In this document: positions 37,477 through 52,582 of the stretch, one piece after another
Position numbering within the stretch: position 1 is the first letter of the stretch
Layout of the letters: each line of letters starts with the position of its first letter
Position numbers and translations under genes: made by a program
The notes under the pieces: model-generated
The model's input: only the letters and a program-made list of their open reading frames with translations
Told to the model about the DNA's origin: nothing
Database searches by the model: none
Origin: Deltaproteobacteria bacterium
GTDB lineage: Bacteria > Desulfobacterota > DSM-4660 > Desulfatiglandales > B25-G16
Length of the DNA: 64,000 nucleotides
Assembly: GCA_020349945.1 (NCBI GenBank)
Contig: CP070704.1
Location: 2,093,681 to 2,157,680 of the forward strand
Direction of reading: 5' to 3'

Positions 37477-38480
37477 TCTTCAAGCTCTACCTTGAGTTCT
37501 CTGGTCATTAGATCTTTAACCGCCTTCCTGGGGTCCTTCCCTTTGTAGATAATATTGTAAACCTCTGTGCTAATAGGCATCTCTATACCCATTCTTTTTG
37601 CCAAATTATAGGCGGATAGAGATGTCTTTATCCCCTCGGCAACCACGTGCATGCCAGAAATAATCTCTTGAATAGGAACGCCTTCAGCAATCTTTAATCC
37701 TACCATCCTGTTTCTGCTGAGATCACCTGTACATGTTAAAATGAGGTCACCTATCCCTGCCAGTCCTGCAAAGGTTAATGGTTTTGCACCCATACAGACC
37801 CCGAGTCTGGTTATTTCAGCCAAGCCCCTCGTTATTAAGGCAGCCCTTGCATTATAGCCAAAACCAAGGCCATCCGATGCACCTGCGGCAATGGCGATGA
37901 CATTTTTCAATGCCCCACCAAGCTCCACACCTATCACATCTTGGGTTGTATAGACCCTGAAGTAATCAGCAGAAAAGAGCTTTTGCAAATATTTAGCCAG
38001 TTTTTTATTTCTGGATGCAAGAGTTACCGCTGTTGGGTGTTTGTAACAGACCTCTCGAGCAAAACTCGGGCCAGAAAGACATGCAAAGCTGTCAGCCCAA
38101 CTCCCAGGTAATACTGATTTAATTACCTGAGACATGGTCATAAGGGTTTCATTCTCTATACCTTTTGTCCCGACTACGAGGGGGGTTGAAGGAGAAAGAA
38201 AAGGAGACAGCTTCGTTGAGATATCCCTGAAAACATGGGAAGGAACAACGATCAATAAAAGGTCTTTTTCGCTGCTCACCTCCTCAAATGACTGAACAGG
38301 CCTTATTCCATTGGAAAGTTTTATTCCTGGTAAGAACGCCTCATTTACCCTTTTTCCCTTAATCTGATGGCATACCTCTTCTTCCCTAATCCATAAATCA
38401 ACATCGAACCCCTTAAGGGCCATATGGTTAGCCATCGCAGTGCCCCAGCTTCCTCCTCCCACAACACCGATCCTCACCAT
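37473..38480 (-). CDS. gpsA: NAD(P)H-dependent glycerol-3-phosphate dehydrogenase
   Basis: MVRIGVVGGGSWGTAMA N-terminus and the GALKNVIAIAAG motif. Start set at ATG 38480 (GAGGTGG upstream); the track start is GTG 38489. Confidence 0.92.
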   Translation of the reverse strand: MVRIGVVGGGSWGTAMANHMALKGFDVDLWIREEEVCHQIKGKRVNEAFLPGIKLSNGIRPVQSFEEVSSEKDLLLIVVPSHVFRDISTKLSPFLSPSTPLVVGTKGIENETLMTMSQVIKSVLPGSWADSFACLSGPSFAREVCYKHPTAVTLASRNKKLAKYLQKLFSADYFRVYTTQDVIGVELGGALKNVIAIAAGASDGLGFGYNARAALITRGLAEITRLGVCMGAKPLTFAGLAGIGDLILTCTGDLSRNRMVGLKIAEGVPIQEIISGMHVVAEGIKTSLSAYNLAKRMGIEMPISTEVYNIIYKGKDPRKAVKDLMTRELKVELED

Positions 38481-38491
38481 TTTTTCCACCT

Positions 38492-40918
38492 CTACGTTTC
38501 CATCAGCCTGGCTACTGCCAAAACCTTCTCAGGGGGATGCAGGTCTATCAGCTTAACCCCCTGGGTATGGCGCCCTATGACCCGGATATCGGCCGATCTA
38601 ATCCTAATGATTTTCCCCTCTCCTGATAGAATCATCAATTCGTCATTCTCTGCCACCTGATTAGCGCTTACTACAGGGCCATTTCTTTCTGATGTCTTTA
38701 TTGAAAAGACACCTTTGCCACCTCTTTGTTGCGCCCTGTATTCTTTCGTATCTGTCCTCTTGCCATAGCCATTTTCTGTAATGGTGAGTATGCTTGCGCC
38801 CTCGTTTAAGATCTCTATGCTCACCACCTGATCCTTATCTGCAAGACGAATCCCCGTATTTCCTGCGGCCACTCGACCCATCGGCCTCAGGCCCTTTTCG
38901 CTGAACCGTATTGCCTTCCCCCTTTTTGTACTTAAAAAGATATCCTGCTCTCCATTGGTTACCCTTACTCCTATTAACTCATCTCCTTCGTTTGTCTTTA
39001 AAGCAGCAATACCTGTTAATCGAGGCCTACTATAGGCAGCAAGCTTTGTCTTTTTTACCAAACCATTTTTGGTTGCCATAACAACAAACTTTCCATCCTC
39101 AAAGCCCTTTATTGACAAGATAGTGGCTATATACTCTTCTGGCTGAAGATTTAACAAATTTACGATAGCTGTCCCTTTGGCAATTCTTCCTGCTTCAGGT
39201 ATCTCGTGTACCTTTCTCCAGTAGAGACGCCCCGTATTCATAAAGAAAAGAAGATAATCATGGGTTGAGGCAATAAACATAGATACCACAAAATCCTCTT
39301 CTCTGGTCTTTGTTCCAGACACACCCTTCCCACCCCTTCGTTGAGCTCGATAAAGGCTAATTGGGCTTCTTTTTATATAACCCGCATGACTCACTGTGAT
39401 AACCATATCCTCATCTACGATCAAATCCTCGATATCTATATCCTGAACATCTCTGATAATCTCGGTTCGCCGCTCATCGCCATATCTCTCCTGAATACCT
39501 CTCGTTTCCTTCTTGATAATATCCAAAACAAGTGCATCATTGCTTAGAATGGCCTTAAATCTCTCAATATCCTTGATAGTGCTCTTATATTCATCGCTTA
39601 CCTTATCTCTTTCCAGACCGGTCAGTCTCTGCAACCTCATTTCTAAAATTGCCTCGGCCTGGGTATCTGAAAGCTGAAATACCTCCACAAGCTTCGCCTT
39701 AGCATCCGAAGGGGTCACCGAGGAGCGAATCAGTTCAACAACCCTATCGAGGTGTTCCAATGCCACCTTCAGTCCCTCCAAAATATGCGCCTTGGCTTCA
39801 GCCCTCTTTAGCTCGAAGGATGTCCGACGAACGACGATTTCCTTTCTGTGGTTGATAAAGTGCTGGATTATCTCCTTAAGCTTTAAGATCTCCGGTCTTC
39901 CGTTTACAATAGCCAGCATAATAATCCCAAACGATGTCTCCATTTGTGTGAATTTATAGAGACGATTGAGGATCACCGAGGCCTTTGCACCCCTTTTAAT
40001 ATCGATTGCTATCCTTAGCCCATCACGGTCTGACTCATCTCGTATATCGCTGATTCCATCTATCTTTTTATCTTTAACTAACTCTCCCATACTCTTGAGC
40101 AGGCTTGCCTTGTTGACCTGGTATGGTATTTCGGTAATGACGATCCGCTCTTTATTGTCTCCTGCCCTCTCCACAAATGCTCGAGCCCGGGTCTTTATGA
40201 TTCCTCTCCCGCATGAATAGGCCTCCTGAATCCCCTGCTCTCCATAGATAAAACCCGCTGTCGGAAAATCTGGACCAGGCAAATCCACCATGAGTTCCTT
40301 TAGGGTTATATCTGGGTTATCTATGGTACGGATGATAGCATCGGCCACTTCATGAAGATTATGTGGTGGTATGTTAGTAGCCATACCTACTGCTATACCC
40401 GATGAGCCACTGATGAGTAGGTTTGGTATATTTGTGGGGAGGATAACAGGTTCCAACAAGGAACCATCATAATTGGATACGAAGTCAACTGTTTCTTTCT
40501 CCACATCTGCCAAAAATTCTTCGGCTATCTGATGCATCCTTATCTCCGTATACCTCATAGCCGCTGGGGGATCACCGTCTACTGAACCAAAGTTGCCTTG
40601 CCCATCGATTAAAGGATACCTCATGGAGAAAGGTTGGGCCATCCTTACAATAGTATCATAAACGGCTGCATCACCATGAGGATGATATTTTCCAATGACG
40701 TCACCCACCACCCTGGCAGATTTCTTGTATGGTCTGTTATGATAATTTTTTAACTGTTCCATAGCAAAAAGGGCTCTCCTGTGAACGGGTTTAAGTCCAT
40801 CGCGTATATCTGGCAATGCCCTGCCAACAATAACACTCATGGCATATTCCAGATAAGATCTTCTCATCTCTTCTTCTATGGTAACAGTATTTACATCTGT
40901 TCCCTGTAAAGCAGTCAT
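38492..40918 (-). CDS. gyrA: DNA gyrase subunit A
   Basis: 808 aa with [16 protein letters not shown] (catalytic Tyr) and C-terminal beta-pinwheel repeats. Confidence 0.98.
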   Translation of the reverse strand: MTALQGTDVNTVTIEEEMRRSYLEYAMSVIVGRALPDIRDGLKPVHRRALFAMEQLKNYHNRPYKKSARVVGDVIGKYHPHGDAAVYDTIVRMAQPFSMRYPLIDGQGNFGSVDGDPPAAMRYTEIRMHQIAEEFLADVEKETVDFVSNYDGSLLEPVILPTNIPNLLISGSSGIAVGMATNIPPHNLHEVADAIIRTIDNPDITLKELMVDLPGPDFPTAGFIYGEQGIQEAYSCGRGIIKTRARAFVERAGDNKERIVITEIPYQVNKASLLKSMGELVKDKKIDGISDIRDESDRDGLRIAIDIKRGAKASVILNRLYKFTQMETSFGIIMLAIVNGRPEILKLKEIIQHFINHRKEIVVRRTSFELKRAEAKAHILEGLKVALEHLDRVVELIRSSVTPSDAKAKLVEVFQLSDTQAEAILEMRLQRLTGLERDKVSDEYKSTIKDIERFKAILSNDALVLDIIKKETRGIQERYGDERRTEIIRDVQDIDIEDLIVDEDMVITVSHAGYIKRSPISLYRAQRRGGKGVSGTKTREEDFVVSMFIASTHDYLLFFMNTGRLYWRKVHEIPEAGRIAKGTAIVNLLNLQPEEYIATILSIKGFEDGKFVVMATKNGLVKKTKLAAYSRPRLTGIAALKTNEGDELIGVRVTNGEQDIFLSTKRGKAIRFSEKGLRPMGRVAAGNTGIRLADKDQVVSIEILNEGASILTITENGYGKRTDTKEYRAQQRGGKGVFSIKTSERNGPVVSANQVAENDELMILSGEGKIIRIRSADIRVIGRHTQGVKLIDLHPPEKVLAVARLMET

Positions 40919-41084
40919 CTTGTCTCCTTATAGGTTTAATGAAAAGTGAAACGTGAAAAAGTCCATTAAATTAGGGTTAAGGGATTGCAAAGGGGGGGCC
41001 TAAAGTATGTAGATAATATTATACACCTTGGAAGCAAGAAAATCGTTTTATATCTGAGAGGTTTTGAACAGAGACCAAGGTTAT

Positions 41085-44581
<3,497 letters not shown>

Positions 44582-44876
44582 TTTTACCCCGGTTTATTAA
44601 TATTATTAGTACCTACTCTCTAATAATAAAACCCATAATAAAGAAGGTCTTTCTTGTTGAAAACCCGCCTAAGGTAGCAACAAAACGATGTTTTTTTTAT
44701 TTAATATCTTGGTATTAGTGACGAATATTGTATCTTATCCCCTATCTTATAGTCTAAAGGATGTCAGGATCTACTGTTTATTGTTTCTTTTAGTGCAATT
44801 CCCAACAACCTTTCGTGTTTATAAAACTAATCTAGAGCACTTAAGTACGCGGCCTGCCTGGGTTGTTTATTACCTC

Positions 44877-46040
44877 TTATCTGTTTGCCTTTCTGATGCC
44901 AAGTTGATCTTGTGCAATGATAAGCTTGCAGATATTATGTGATCCTTCTACCATGGCATAGGGTGGGGCATCGCGGTAGTAACGCGCCACTTGATACTCA
45001 GTAGAATAACCATAGGCCCCAAGGATGCTCATAGCGTATCTAGAGCATTTGTAAGCTATTTCGCCGGCCAGGTACTTAGCCTGGGCAACTTCCATATTAT
45101 TTCCTAAATTCCCTTGGTCTTTCTGCCATGCTGCCTTATAACATGACAGTCTGGCAGCCTCAATCTCGGCCACCATCTGTGCAATCATGTCCTGATTCAT
45201 CTGGAAGGCCCCGATTGGCTGTCCGAATTGCTGCCGCTCCATGGCGTATTTAGTTACCACGTCCAGACAGGCCTGTGCGAGACCAACACCTCCAGCCGCG
45301 CAAGAAAGACGGGAATTGCCAAGAGAGCTGAAAAGAATCTTCACGCCATCTCCTGGCTTGCCTAGAATGTTTTCTTTAGGGACTTTGGTATTATCGAGTA
45401 TAATTTCGCCAGTTGGCGTAGCATGTGTACCCGTCTTATCTAAGTCTGTTGTGGTGATACCATTAAAGTTCTTAGGCTCTATCACAAAGGCTGAAAGCCC
45501 CTTGCTCCCCTTGGAACGGTCAGTGTAAGCGTAGTAAATGACCGCATCAGCGACACTGGCATTAGAAATCCACGTCTTGGTGCCGTTGAGGAGCCAATAA
45601 CCTTCCTTGTCCTCAGCCGTTGAGTTAAGTGATAGAACATCAGATCCAGCGTTAGGCTCTGTCATCGCGAACGCTCCCACATACTCAGCACTCACCAGCT
45701 TGGGGATATATTTCCTCTTTAATTCGTGGCTACCATAGCGATAAATGGTGAAGGCATTCCCTGTTGTCTGCATGTTGATCTGAACCCTTAGTGCACTGGA
45801 GCCACGGGCTATTTCCTCAGTTAAGATAATAGCTGCCAGCCAACCCATATCGTTTCCTCCGTATTCCTCAGGGATGACCGTGCCGAAGAAGCCCAGGTCA
45901 GCCATAGGTTTAATGGCCTCTTCATAAGGGAAATGGTGATCTTTTTCCCATTCATCCGCAAATGGAGCGATTTTCTCGTCTACAAAAGCACGCACGGTGT
46001 CCCTTAGCATCTGGAGTTCCTCGGACCACTCAAAATCCAT
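44877..46040 (-). CDS. Acyl-CoA dehydrogenase
   Basis: 387 aa with FAMTEPNAGSD and the ACAD C-terminal helical domain. GGAGG RBS. Confidence 0.92.
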   Translation of the reverse strand: MDFEWSEELQMLRDTVRAFVDEKIAPFADEWEKDHHFPYEEAIKPMADLGFFGTVIPEEYGGNDMGWLAAIILTEEIARGSSALRVQINMQTTGNAFTIYRYGSHELKRKYIPKLVSAEYVGAFAMTEPNAGSDVLSLNSTAEDKEGYWLLNGTKTWISNASVADAVIYYAYTDRSKGSKGLSAFVIEPKNFNGITTTDLDKTGTHATPTGEIILDNTKVPKENILGKPGDGVKILFSSLGNSRLSCAAGGVGLAQACLDVVTKYAMERQQFGQPIGAFQMNQDMIAQMVAEIEAARLSCYKAAWQKDQGNLGNNMEVAQAKYLAGEIAYKCSRYAMSILGAYGYSTEYQVARYYRDAPPYAMVEGSHNICKLIIAQDQLGIRKANR

Positions 46041-46197
46041 ATTTCTGTCCTCCTCAATCAGGGGCTAAGTTCACGAAAACTGTAAAGATTATGATATCGG
46101 TTAAAGATACGATTAGCAAAATCTTTATCATGAAGTATAGAACATCAGGCGCTTATTTACAACAGATTTATTAAGTGAGGCTAACCCAAAATAGCTT

Positions 46198-47583
46198 CTA
46201 TTTACCAATACAGAATGTGCTAAAGATGTCGCTCAGGACCTCTTCACTGCCCTTGTTTCCTGTTATTTCCTCTAAGGCATCCTTTGCCCAACAGAGATCT
46301 GCTGCTACTGTTTCCATTGGAAAGCCATTTATAAGATTTGTAGAGGCGTTTTCCAAAAATTTAGCCGCCTTAGTTAATGCCATTTTATGTCTTAGATTAG
46401 GAATAATAGATGCTGGAGATATCTGTCTTTTATTATCCAGGATCTTGCTGAAAATCGCCTTATTAAGGTTTTTGAACCCTTCTCCTGTAAGGGCTGAGAC
46501 GTTAACCCTTGGAAGGTCTCTGAAGGTGGAGTTGATGGTTTTCTCGCTTAGTTTTGCCGGAAGGTCGATCTTGTTTATGATCAGTATGGTAGTTTCTTGA
46601 TCAACTTTACTTAAGAGCTTTAGATCGTGCTCATTTAATCGTCTACTCCGGTCAATAACCAAAAGGGTTAAATCAGCTACGGTAAGCTGACTTTTTGCCA
46701 AATCTACCCCTTTTTTCTCAACCTTCCCTTTGACCTTTCGTATACCAGCTGTATCTATCAACCTTAGTGGAAGCCCCTCGATATTGACTGTATATTCAAG
46801 GATATCTCGAGTTGTGCCAGGGATAGGTGTGACAATAGCCCTCTCTTCCTGTAGAAGCCTGTTTAGTATGCTTGATTTGCCAACATTAACTCGGCCGGCT
46901 ATCACTGCAGCAACCCCCTCATGCCATACCTTTCTTTGGCTGTAAGCAGCTAGTAATTCCTTGATTGGCTTTAATGTGCTTTTGTTTATTTGACGTGCTA
47001 TGTGCGATCCCTTTATTGTAGTAGATTCTTCATCAGGAAAATCTATGGAGGCGTCCACTTTGGCAAGGATTTTAATAAGTGCCTGTCTGATCTCTTCAAT
47101 TCGTGTCCCGAGCGCTCCAGCCAGCTGGCTGGCTGCCAAGCGTACCGACATATCACTTTTGGCATTGATTAGGTCCACGATTGCTTCAGCCTGGGTTAAA
47201 TCAATCCTACCATTCAGGAAGGCCCTAAGCTTGAATTCCCCAGGTTTCGCTAGTCTGGCGCCCGCTTGAAGGATTATTTGAAGTATATTTGATAGGATTG
47301 TGTAGCCGCTGTGGGAATTAATCTCAACCACATCTTCCCTGGTATAAGAGAAGGGGGCATGCATTATAGATAGGAGAACTTCATCCAGGGGAAGTTTCGA
47401 TTTTGGATCGATAATATGGCCTAGACAAAGACGAAAGCTATCAAATGATTTGATGGACCGCTTTGGTCTAAAAACTTTTCGTGCAATATTTTCGGCATTA
47501 TTTCCACTGATCTTAAGTATTCCTATGCCACCTACCCCTATTGGTGTGGCTATAGCAGCAATGGTCTCCTCTTCATAATCCAT
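46198..47583 (-). CDS. mnmE: tRNA modification GTPase MnmE
   Basis: TIAAIATPIGVGGIGILKISG, GRVNVGKSS (G1), DTAGIR and C-terminal FCIGK. Start set at ATG 47583; an alternative TTG lies at 47604. Confidence 0.95.
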   Translation of the reverse strand: MDYEEETIAAIATPIGVGGIGILKISGNNAENIARKVFRPKRSIKSFDSFRLCLGHIIDPKSKLPLDEVLLSIMHAPFSYTREDVVEINSHSGYTILSNILQIILQAGARLAKPGEFKLRAFLNGRIDLTQAEAIVDLINAKSDMSVRLAASQLAGALGTRIEEIRQALIKILAKVDASIDFPDEESTTIKGSHIARQINKSTLKPIKELLAAYSQRKVWHEGVAAVIAGRVNVGKSSILNRLLQEERAIVTPIPGTTRDILEYTVNIEGLPLRLIDTAGIRKVKGKVEKKGVDLAKSQLTVADLTLLVIDRSRRLNEHDLKLLSKVDQETTILIINKIDLPAKLSEKTINSTFRDLPRVNVSALTGEGFKNLNKAIFSKILDNKRQISPASIIPNLRHKMALTKAAKFLENASTNLINGFPMETVAADLCWAKDALEEITGNKGSEEVLSDIFSTFCIGK

Positions 47584-47604
47584 GATAGAAAAAGAAGCTT
47601 GCAA

Positions 47605-48255
47605 CTAACCATTCTGTTCTTCATCAACCTTGTTCTTATTTGGAATAATAAAAACCTTCTTAAATGGGCCCTCACCCTTGCTTTTTGTTGAAACCTGGTG
47701 ATCTCCTTTGAGTGCAAGATGGACTATCCTTCTGTCCCGTGGGCTTATTAAATCTGTAGTGACCGTCCTTTTTGTCTTTTTAGCTTTTTCACCCATTCTC
47801 AGTGCCAGGGCCTTTAAGGATTCCTCCCTTCTTTTCCGGTAATTCTCGGAGTCAACAATCACCCTTACCTTTTTTTCAGATGTCTTATTCACTGCCTTAT
47901 TGACAATAAATTCTAAGGCCTCCAAGGTCTTACCCTGATGGCCGATTAGGATCCCAGTGTTATTCCCTTCGATATTTAAGATAATATCATCAGCTTTTTT
48001 CTCCGCAGATATCCTTGTATCCGCAGATATCAATGAAAGTATCTTTTGGAGGGTTTCTTGGGCAACTACCATACTACTATCCTTTTTGGGTGTTACCCTG
48101 ATTTTAGCCTTCTTATTTCCAACTATACCAAAGATTCCAGCAGCTCTACTCTCTAAGACCTCTATATCAAGCTCCTCCTCACTTACGTGAAAATGTTTGC
48201 ACGCCTTTTCAATAGCCTCTTGTGTTGTTTTGGCTTCTATTTCTATGGATGCCAT
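47605..48255 (-). CDS. Jag/KhpB-type RNA-binding protein (Jag_N, KH, R3H)
   Basis: 216 aa, conserved position between yidC and mnmE. C-terminal R3H-like ISPRDRRIVHLAL. GGAGG RBS. Confidence 0.85.
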   Translation of the reverse strand: MASIEIEAKTTQEAIEKACKHFHVSEEELDIEVLESRAAGIFGIVGNKKAKIRVTPKKDSSMVVAQETLQKILSLISADTRISAEKKADDIILNIEGNNTGILIGHQGKTLEALEFIVNKAVNKTSEKKVRVIVDSENYRKRREESLKALALRMGEKAKKTKRTVTTDLISPRDRRIVHLALKGDHQVSTKSKGEGPFKKVFIIPNKNKVDEEQNG

Positions 48256-48272
48256 AAGATCTCCTCCTAAAG

Positions 48273-49913
48273 TTAACGTGATTGCTTGTTAATCCTGTAT
48301 TGTTGAGCGATCGATAATATATTATTTACCAGCCAATAGAGTACCAAGCCGGAGGGAAAATTAATAAACAGGACCGTAAATACAAGTGGAAGAATCATCA
48401 TCATTTTAGCCTGAGCCGGGTCCCCTGTAGTTGGTGTCATTTTCTGCTGGATAAACATGGATGCACCCATGATGAGAGTTAGCACCGGTATCCCGTAAGG
48501 GGGGGCCATAAAAGGAATTTGGAAAGGGAAGGAGAAGAGCCTGTCAGGTGAAGAGAGATCTTTAATCCACAGAAGAAAGGGGGCATGCCTGAGCTCTATT
48601 GAATTCGGTAAAACTCGAAAAAGGGCAAAAAAAACAGGGATCTGGATTATGATAGGCAAACAACCTCCCATGGGATTGATCTTGTAAGTTTTATAGAGGC
48701 TCATCAGTTGCCTGTTCATCTCTTGCTTATTTCCTTTATATTTTTCTCGTATCTTGGCCATCATAGGCTGAAGCTTTCTCATTTCCTTCATAGATTGATA
48801 GCTCTTGTGGGTAAGGGGCCAAAAAAGTATCTTGATGAGGATGGTAAGCAAGATAATTGAAACGCCATAGTTAGATACGTATTTATTGAAAAAGCGGAGG
48901 GTAACCAATAGGGGTTTGGCAATAATATCAAACCATCCAAAGTTGATAGCCTTTTCGAGCTTTCTGTTTAAGGTCTTTAAAATATAGAGATCTCTGGGGC
49001 CGAGATAAAGGGTAAAGTTCTCTGTTGTCTCTTCGGTCTGCCCGAGGTTGAGCGATGGAGTTATATAAGATATCTTGATCTCACCGTCAGGGAGGACTGC
49101 GCTTTTTGCGGTTGCGTTCTTGTGTTTTTCATTGATTAGTGCGATCATAAAATACGGTTCTTCATAAGCAACCCAGGATATCTGGCCAGAAAATAGCCCA
49201 TCTTTCAGCTGTTTGACCTTAACCTCTTTTAGTTTGTTGCCAAGAAGAAGGGCCATACCCTCGAATGCTCCATACCTCTTTTTGGTCTCTAAAGGGAAAC
49301 GGGCTAGATTTAGCGAAAGATGATCATCAATTATGTATTCAGATGCATTGTTTATGATTACTGATAGGTCAATCTTGTAGCTATCGGCATAGAAAAGAAA
49401 CCTTGTCTTTATCCCTATTCCCTGAGGTGATCTGTACTCATAAATCAAGTCCCTTGGCTCATCACCTTTTCTCATAGCAATATCTTGGTCGTTTACCTTA
49501 TAGGTAGCCCAGGCAATATTGGGTATCTTTTGCCCTGAGAATCCAAGACCAAAGCCATATCCATTTCTATTTGTAACGTGAATTAATTCTTTTAAAGGGG
49601 AGTCTTTTTCAGGTGTGGACCGGTATTTTTTTAACTTAAAGCTCTTAATCAGCGGACTAGAACCAGAAAGGATAGCTGTATAGAGCTCGGTCTCGACTTT
49701 GATATCTTGGGAATCTCTTCCTGCCTCTAACACAACGTCCCGCTTTGGGCCCGGGGGCATTGTTGTATCTTTTAACAAGGGTTGGTCTTGTTCTTTTTTG
49801 GGTGTTGCCTGTTTGTTAATTGGTGTGTCTGTTGGCTTTGGGCCATATAGAATGGACCAAACTAGGAACACAAGAAATGATAAACCTAAGGCCAACAAGG
49901 TTCTTTTATCCAT
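48273..49913 (-). CDS. yidC: Membrane protein insertase YidC
   Basis: 546 aa with an N-terminal TM segment, a large periplasmic domain, and a C-terminal core containing GCLPIIIQIPVFFALF. Confidence 0.95.
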   Translation of the reverse strand: MDKRTLLALGLSFLVFLVWSILYGPKPTDTPINKQATPKKEQDQPLLKDTTMPPGPKRDVVLEAGRDSQDIKVETELYTAILSGSSPLIKSFKLKKYRSTPEKDSPLKELIHVTNRNGYGFGLGFSGQKIPNIAWATYKVNDQDIAMRKGDEPRDLIYEYRSPQGIGIKTRFLFYADSYKIDLSVIINNASEYIIDDHLSLNLARFPLETKKRYGAFEGMALLLGNKLKEVKVKQLKDGLFSGQISWVAYEEPYFMIALINEKHKNATAKSAVLPDGEIKISYITPSLNLGQTEETTENFTLYLGPRDLYILKTLNRKLEKAINFGWFDIIAKPLLVTLRFFNKYVSNYGVSIILLTILIKILFWPLTHKSYQSMKEMRKLQPMMAKIREKYKGNKQEMNRQLMSLYKTYKINPMGGCLPIIIQIPVFFALFRVLPNSIELRHAPFLLWIKDLSSPDRLFSFPFQIPFMAPPYGIPVLTLIMGASMFIQQKMTPTTGDPAQAKMMMILPLVFTVLFINFPSGLVLYWLVNNILSIAQQYRINKQSR

Positions 49914-50111
49914 AAGTAAATCCCTACCTCAAAACAAATCAAATTATAATAGATAATGTTAAAATTATCAACCTGTGCCATTTTTTAATAGAGCGCAGAA
50001 CGGCAAAAACTTTTCGCTCGAAACCATCAGTTTCATTTAGCGTGTTTAAAGAGATGAGATTTTTGCATAACCTGCCTCGGCGGGATAAGTTGTGGGAAAG
50101 ACATCAAATGT

Positions 50112-50342
50112 TTATTTGAGAGGATCATAGCCGCCGACGTGAAAGGGGTGGCATTTAAGAAGCCTCATTACAGTGAGGGACCCTCCTTTTAGTATGCCAT
50201 ATCTATTAATGGCAAGGAAGGCATAGGTAGAACATGTGGGTACAAAACGACAGGAGGGTGGCAGCAATGGCGACACTATTATTTGATAGAGTCTAATGAG
50301 GGCCAGCATACAGGATCGGGGTTTAAGAGAAAAGTTCGTCAT
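50112..50342 (-). CDS. yidD: Membrane protein insertion efficiency factor YidD
   Basis: LIRLYQIIVSPLLPPSCRFVPTCSTY and GGYDP signatures. The start is uncertain (ATG 50342 or 50309). Confidence 0.9.
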   Translation of the reverse strand: MTNFSLKPRSCMLALIRLYQIIVSPLLPPSCRFVPTCSTYAFLAINRYGILKGGSLTVMRLLKCHPFHVGGYDPLK

Positions 50343-50676
50343 GTTTTAGTATTAAATCTCCCAGCTCCTCATTTACCTTCAAAAAGGAAGGCTTATCACC
50401 GTGTTTTAAGGCAACAATCATAATATCGTATCCTTTTGGAATCTGTTGCTTGTTTTGCCTGAAGAATTCCCTTATCATTCGCTTAATCCGATTTCTTTTT
50501 ACGGAATCCCCAACCCTTTTACTGACATTTATGCCTAATCTGGTAATATCCCTCCTGTTTTGTTTCAGGATGACAGCGAAATTTTTCGTATAGAACCTTT
50601 TTCCATGGAGGTTTAGATTAATGAACTCTGTCCTTTTTAGTATTCTTTCCTCTTTTTTAAAGCCCAATAGCCCCAC
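50323..50676 (-). CDS. rnpA: Ribonuclease P protein component
   Basis: 117 aa, basic, with the RNR-like motif KRNRIKRMIRE. GTG start, located downstream of rpmH. Confidence 0.9.
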   Translation of the reverse strand: MGLLGFKKEERILKRTEFINLNLHGKRFYTKNFAVILKQNRRDITRLGINVSKRVGDSVKRNRIKRMIREFFRQNKQQIPKGYDIMIVALKHGDKPSFLKVNEELGDLILKHDELFS

Positions 50677-50744
50677 CGTAAAGGCCTATCGCTCGAAATG
50701 GGATGAGGCAGCAATCGTTCTAAGGTACTGCCCGATATGATATT

Positions 50745-50879
50745 TTATACACACAATCTTTTCCGACCTTTTGCCCTCCTTCGTTTTAGCACATTTCTAC
50801 CACCTACGGTACTCATTCTGGCCCGAAACCCGTGCACGCGCGATCTTTTTATATTGCTTGGCTGGAATGTTCTTTTCAT
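50745..50879 (-). CDS. rpmH: 50S ribosomal protein L34
   Basis: Below the ORF-track cutoff. Reverse-strand translation [44 protein letters not shown] (44 aa) is a classic L34 sequence. Confidence 0.95.
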   Translation of the reverse strand: MKRTFQPSNIKRSRVHGFRARMSTVGGRNVLKRRRAKGRKRLCV

Positions 50880-51079
50880 ATGTCGGATCTTTCCTTCAAC
50901 CAAAAAGTTGATTATTTTTAATCATAGCACAGTTAAGTTGTCAAGATAAAAGAAGCATGCGGTAGCTAGTCCGAGATTCCTCATAGTGCCTGTAAAAGAG
51001 AAGGAACAGGTATTTTATGTTTGATAAATCTTTGAAAAGTAATTAATCTAAATTATTCTTGAAAACAAAGATCTTGTAA

Positions 51080-52126
<1,047 letters not shown>

Positions 52127-52213
52127 CCATCCTCAGCACCTCTGTAAGTCCGAGCTATACCTAAAGGCCATCTTACAACCCAGGCTTTACAAGTTTCCCT
52201 GGAAGCGGGATAA

Positions 52214-52417
52214 GTCAGCGAAATCTGCTTCACAGCGGAAGAAGGAGCGGCCGAGTTCATAGAAAGAGAATTCCATGAGCCTATGATCGGCCTCGATAAT
52301 TTCTACGGGGCCAGAGGTTGGGACAAGAAAACCGGCTGGCCAACAAGGGCCAAGCTGGAAGCGTTGGGCCTCGGAGATGTAGCCGATGAACTGGCGAGCA
52401 TAGGCAGATTAGCGTAG
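52214..52417 (+). pseudogene. Aldehyde:ferredoxin oxidoreductase family, 3'-terminal remnant (~67 codons)
   Basis: ...EFHEPMIGLDNFYGARGWDKKTGWPTRAKLEALGLGDVADELASIGRLA* matches the conserved AOR C-terminus (Y-x-x-RGWD...G-x-PT...L-x-x-LGL). It is bounded upstream by a stop at 52211-52213 and has no start codon. Confidence 0.7.
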
Positions 52418-52582
52418 CGCAAACACACGTGATCCTGTCCAATAGATAGTGTTCAGGTAGCTCAAAGAAGAGAGGGGGGTGAATGTCTTTCTTCTTTTCT
52501 ATGTGCCTAACAGCGGTTAGGAAATTAAACCTTTCCAGGGTCCGGGCCTGTCTTTCCGCTCCCGCATCATCATTGAGAGGTT

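Noticed and set aside
44582-44876. AT-rich 295-bp gap upstream of dnaN as oriC.
   Set aside because: No perfect or clustered DnaA boxes: the best is 7/9 (TTATCCCCT), the others 5-6/9. It is reported only as context in the origin-neighbourhood finding.
49914-50111. 198-bp gap between yidD and yidC with inverted repeat GATAAT-N6-ATTATC and a TTATCAACC box-like sequence.
   Set aside because: A single weak DnaA-box-like site (7/9) and a short palindrome. This is insufficient for an origin or operator call.
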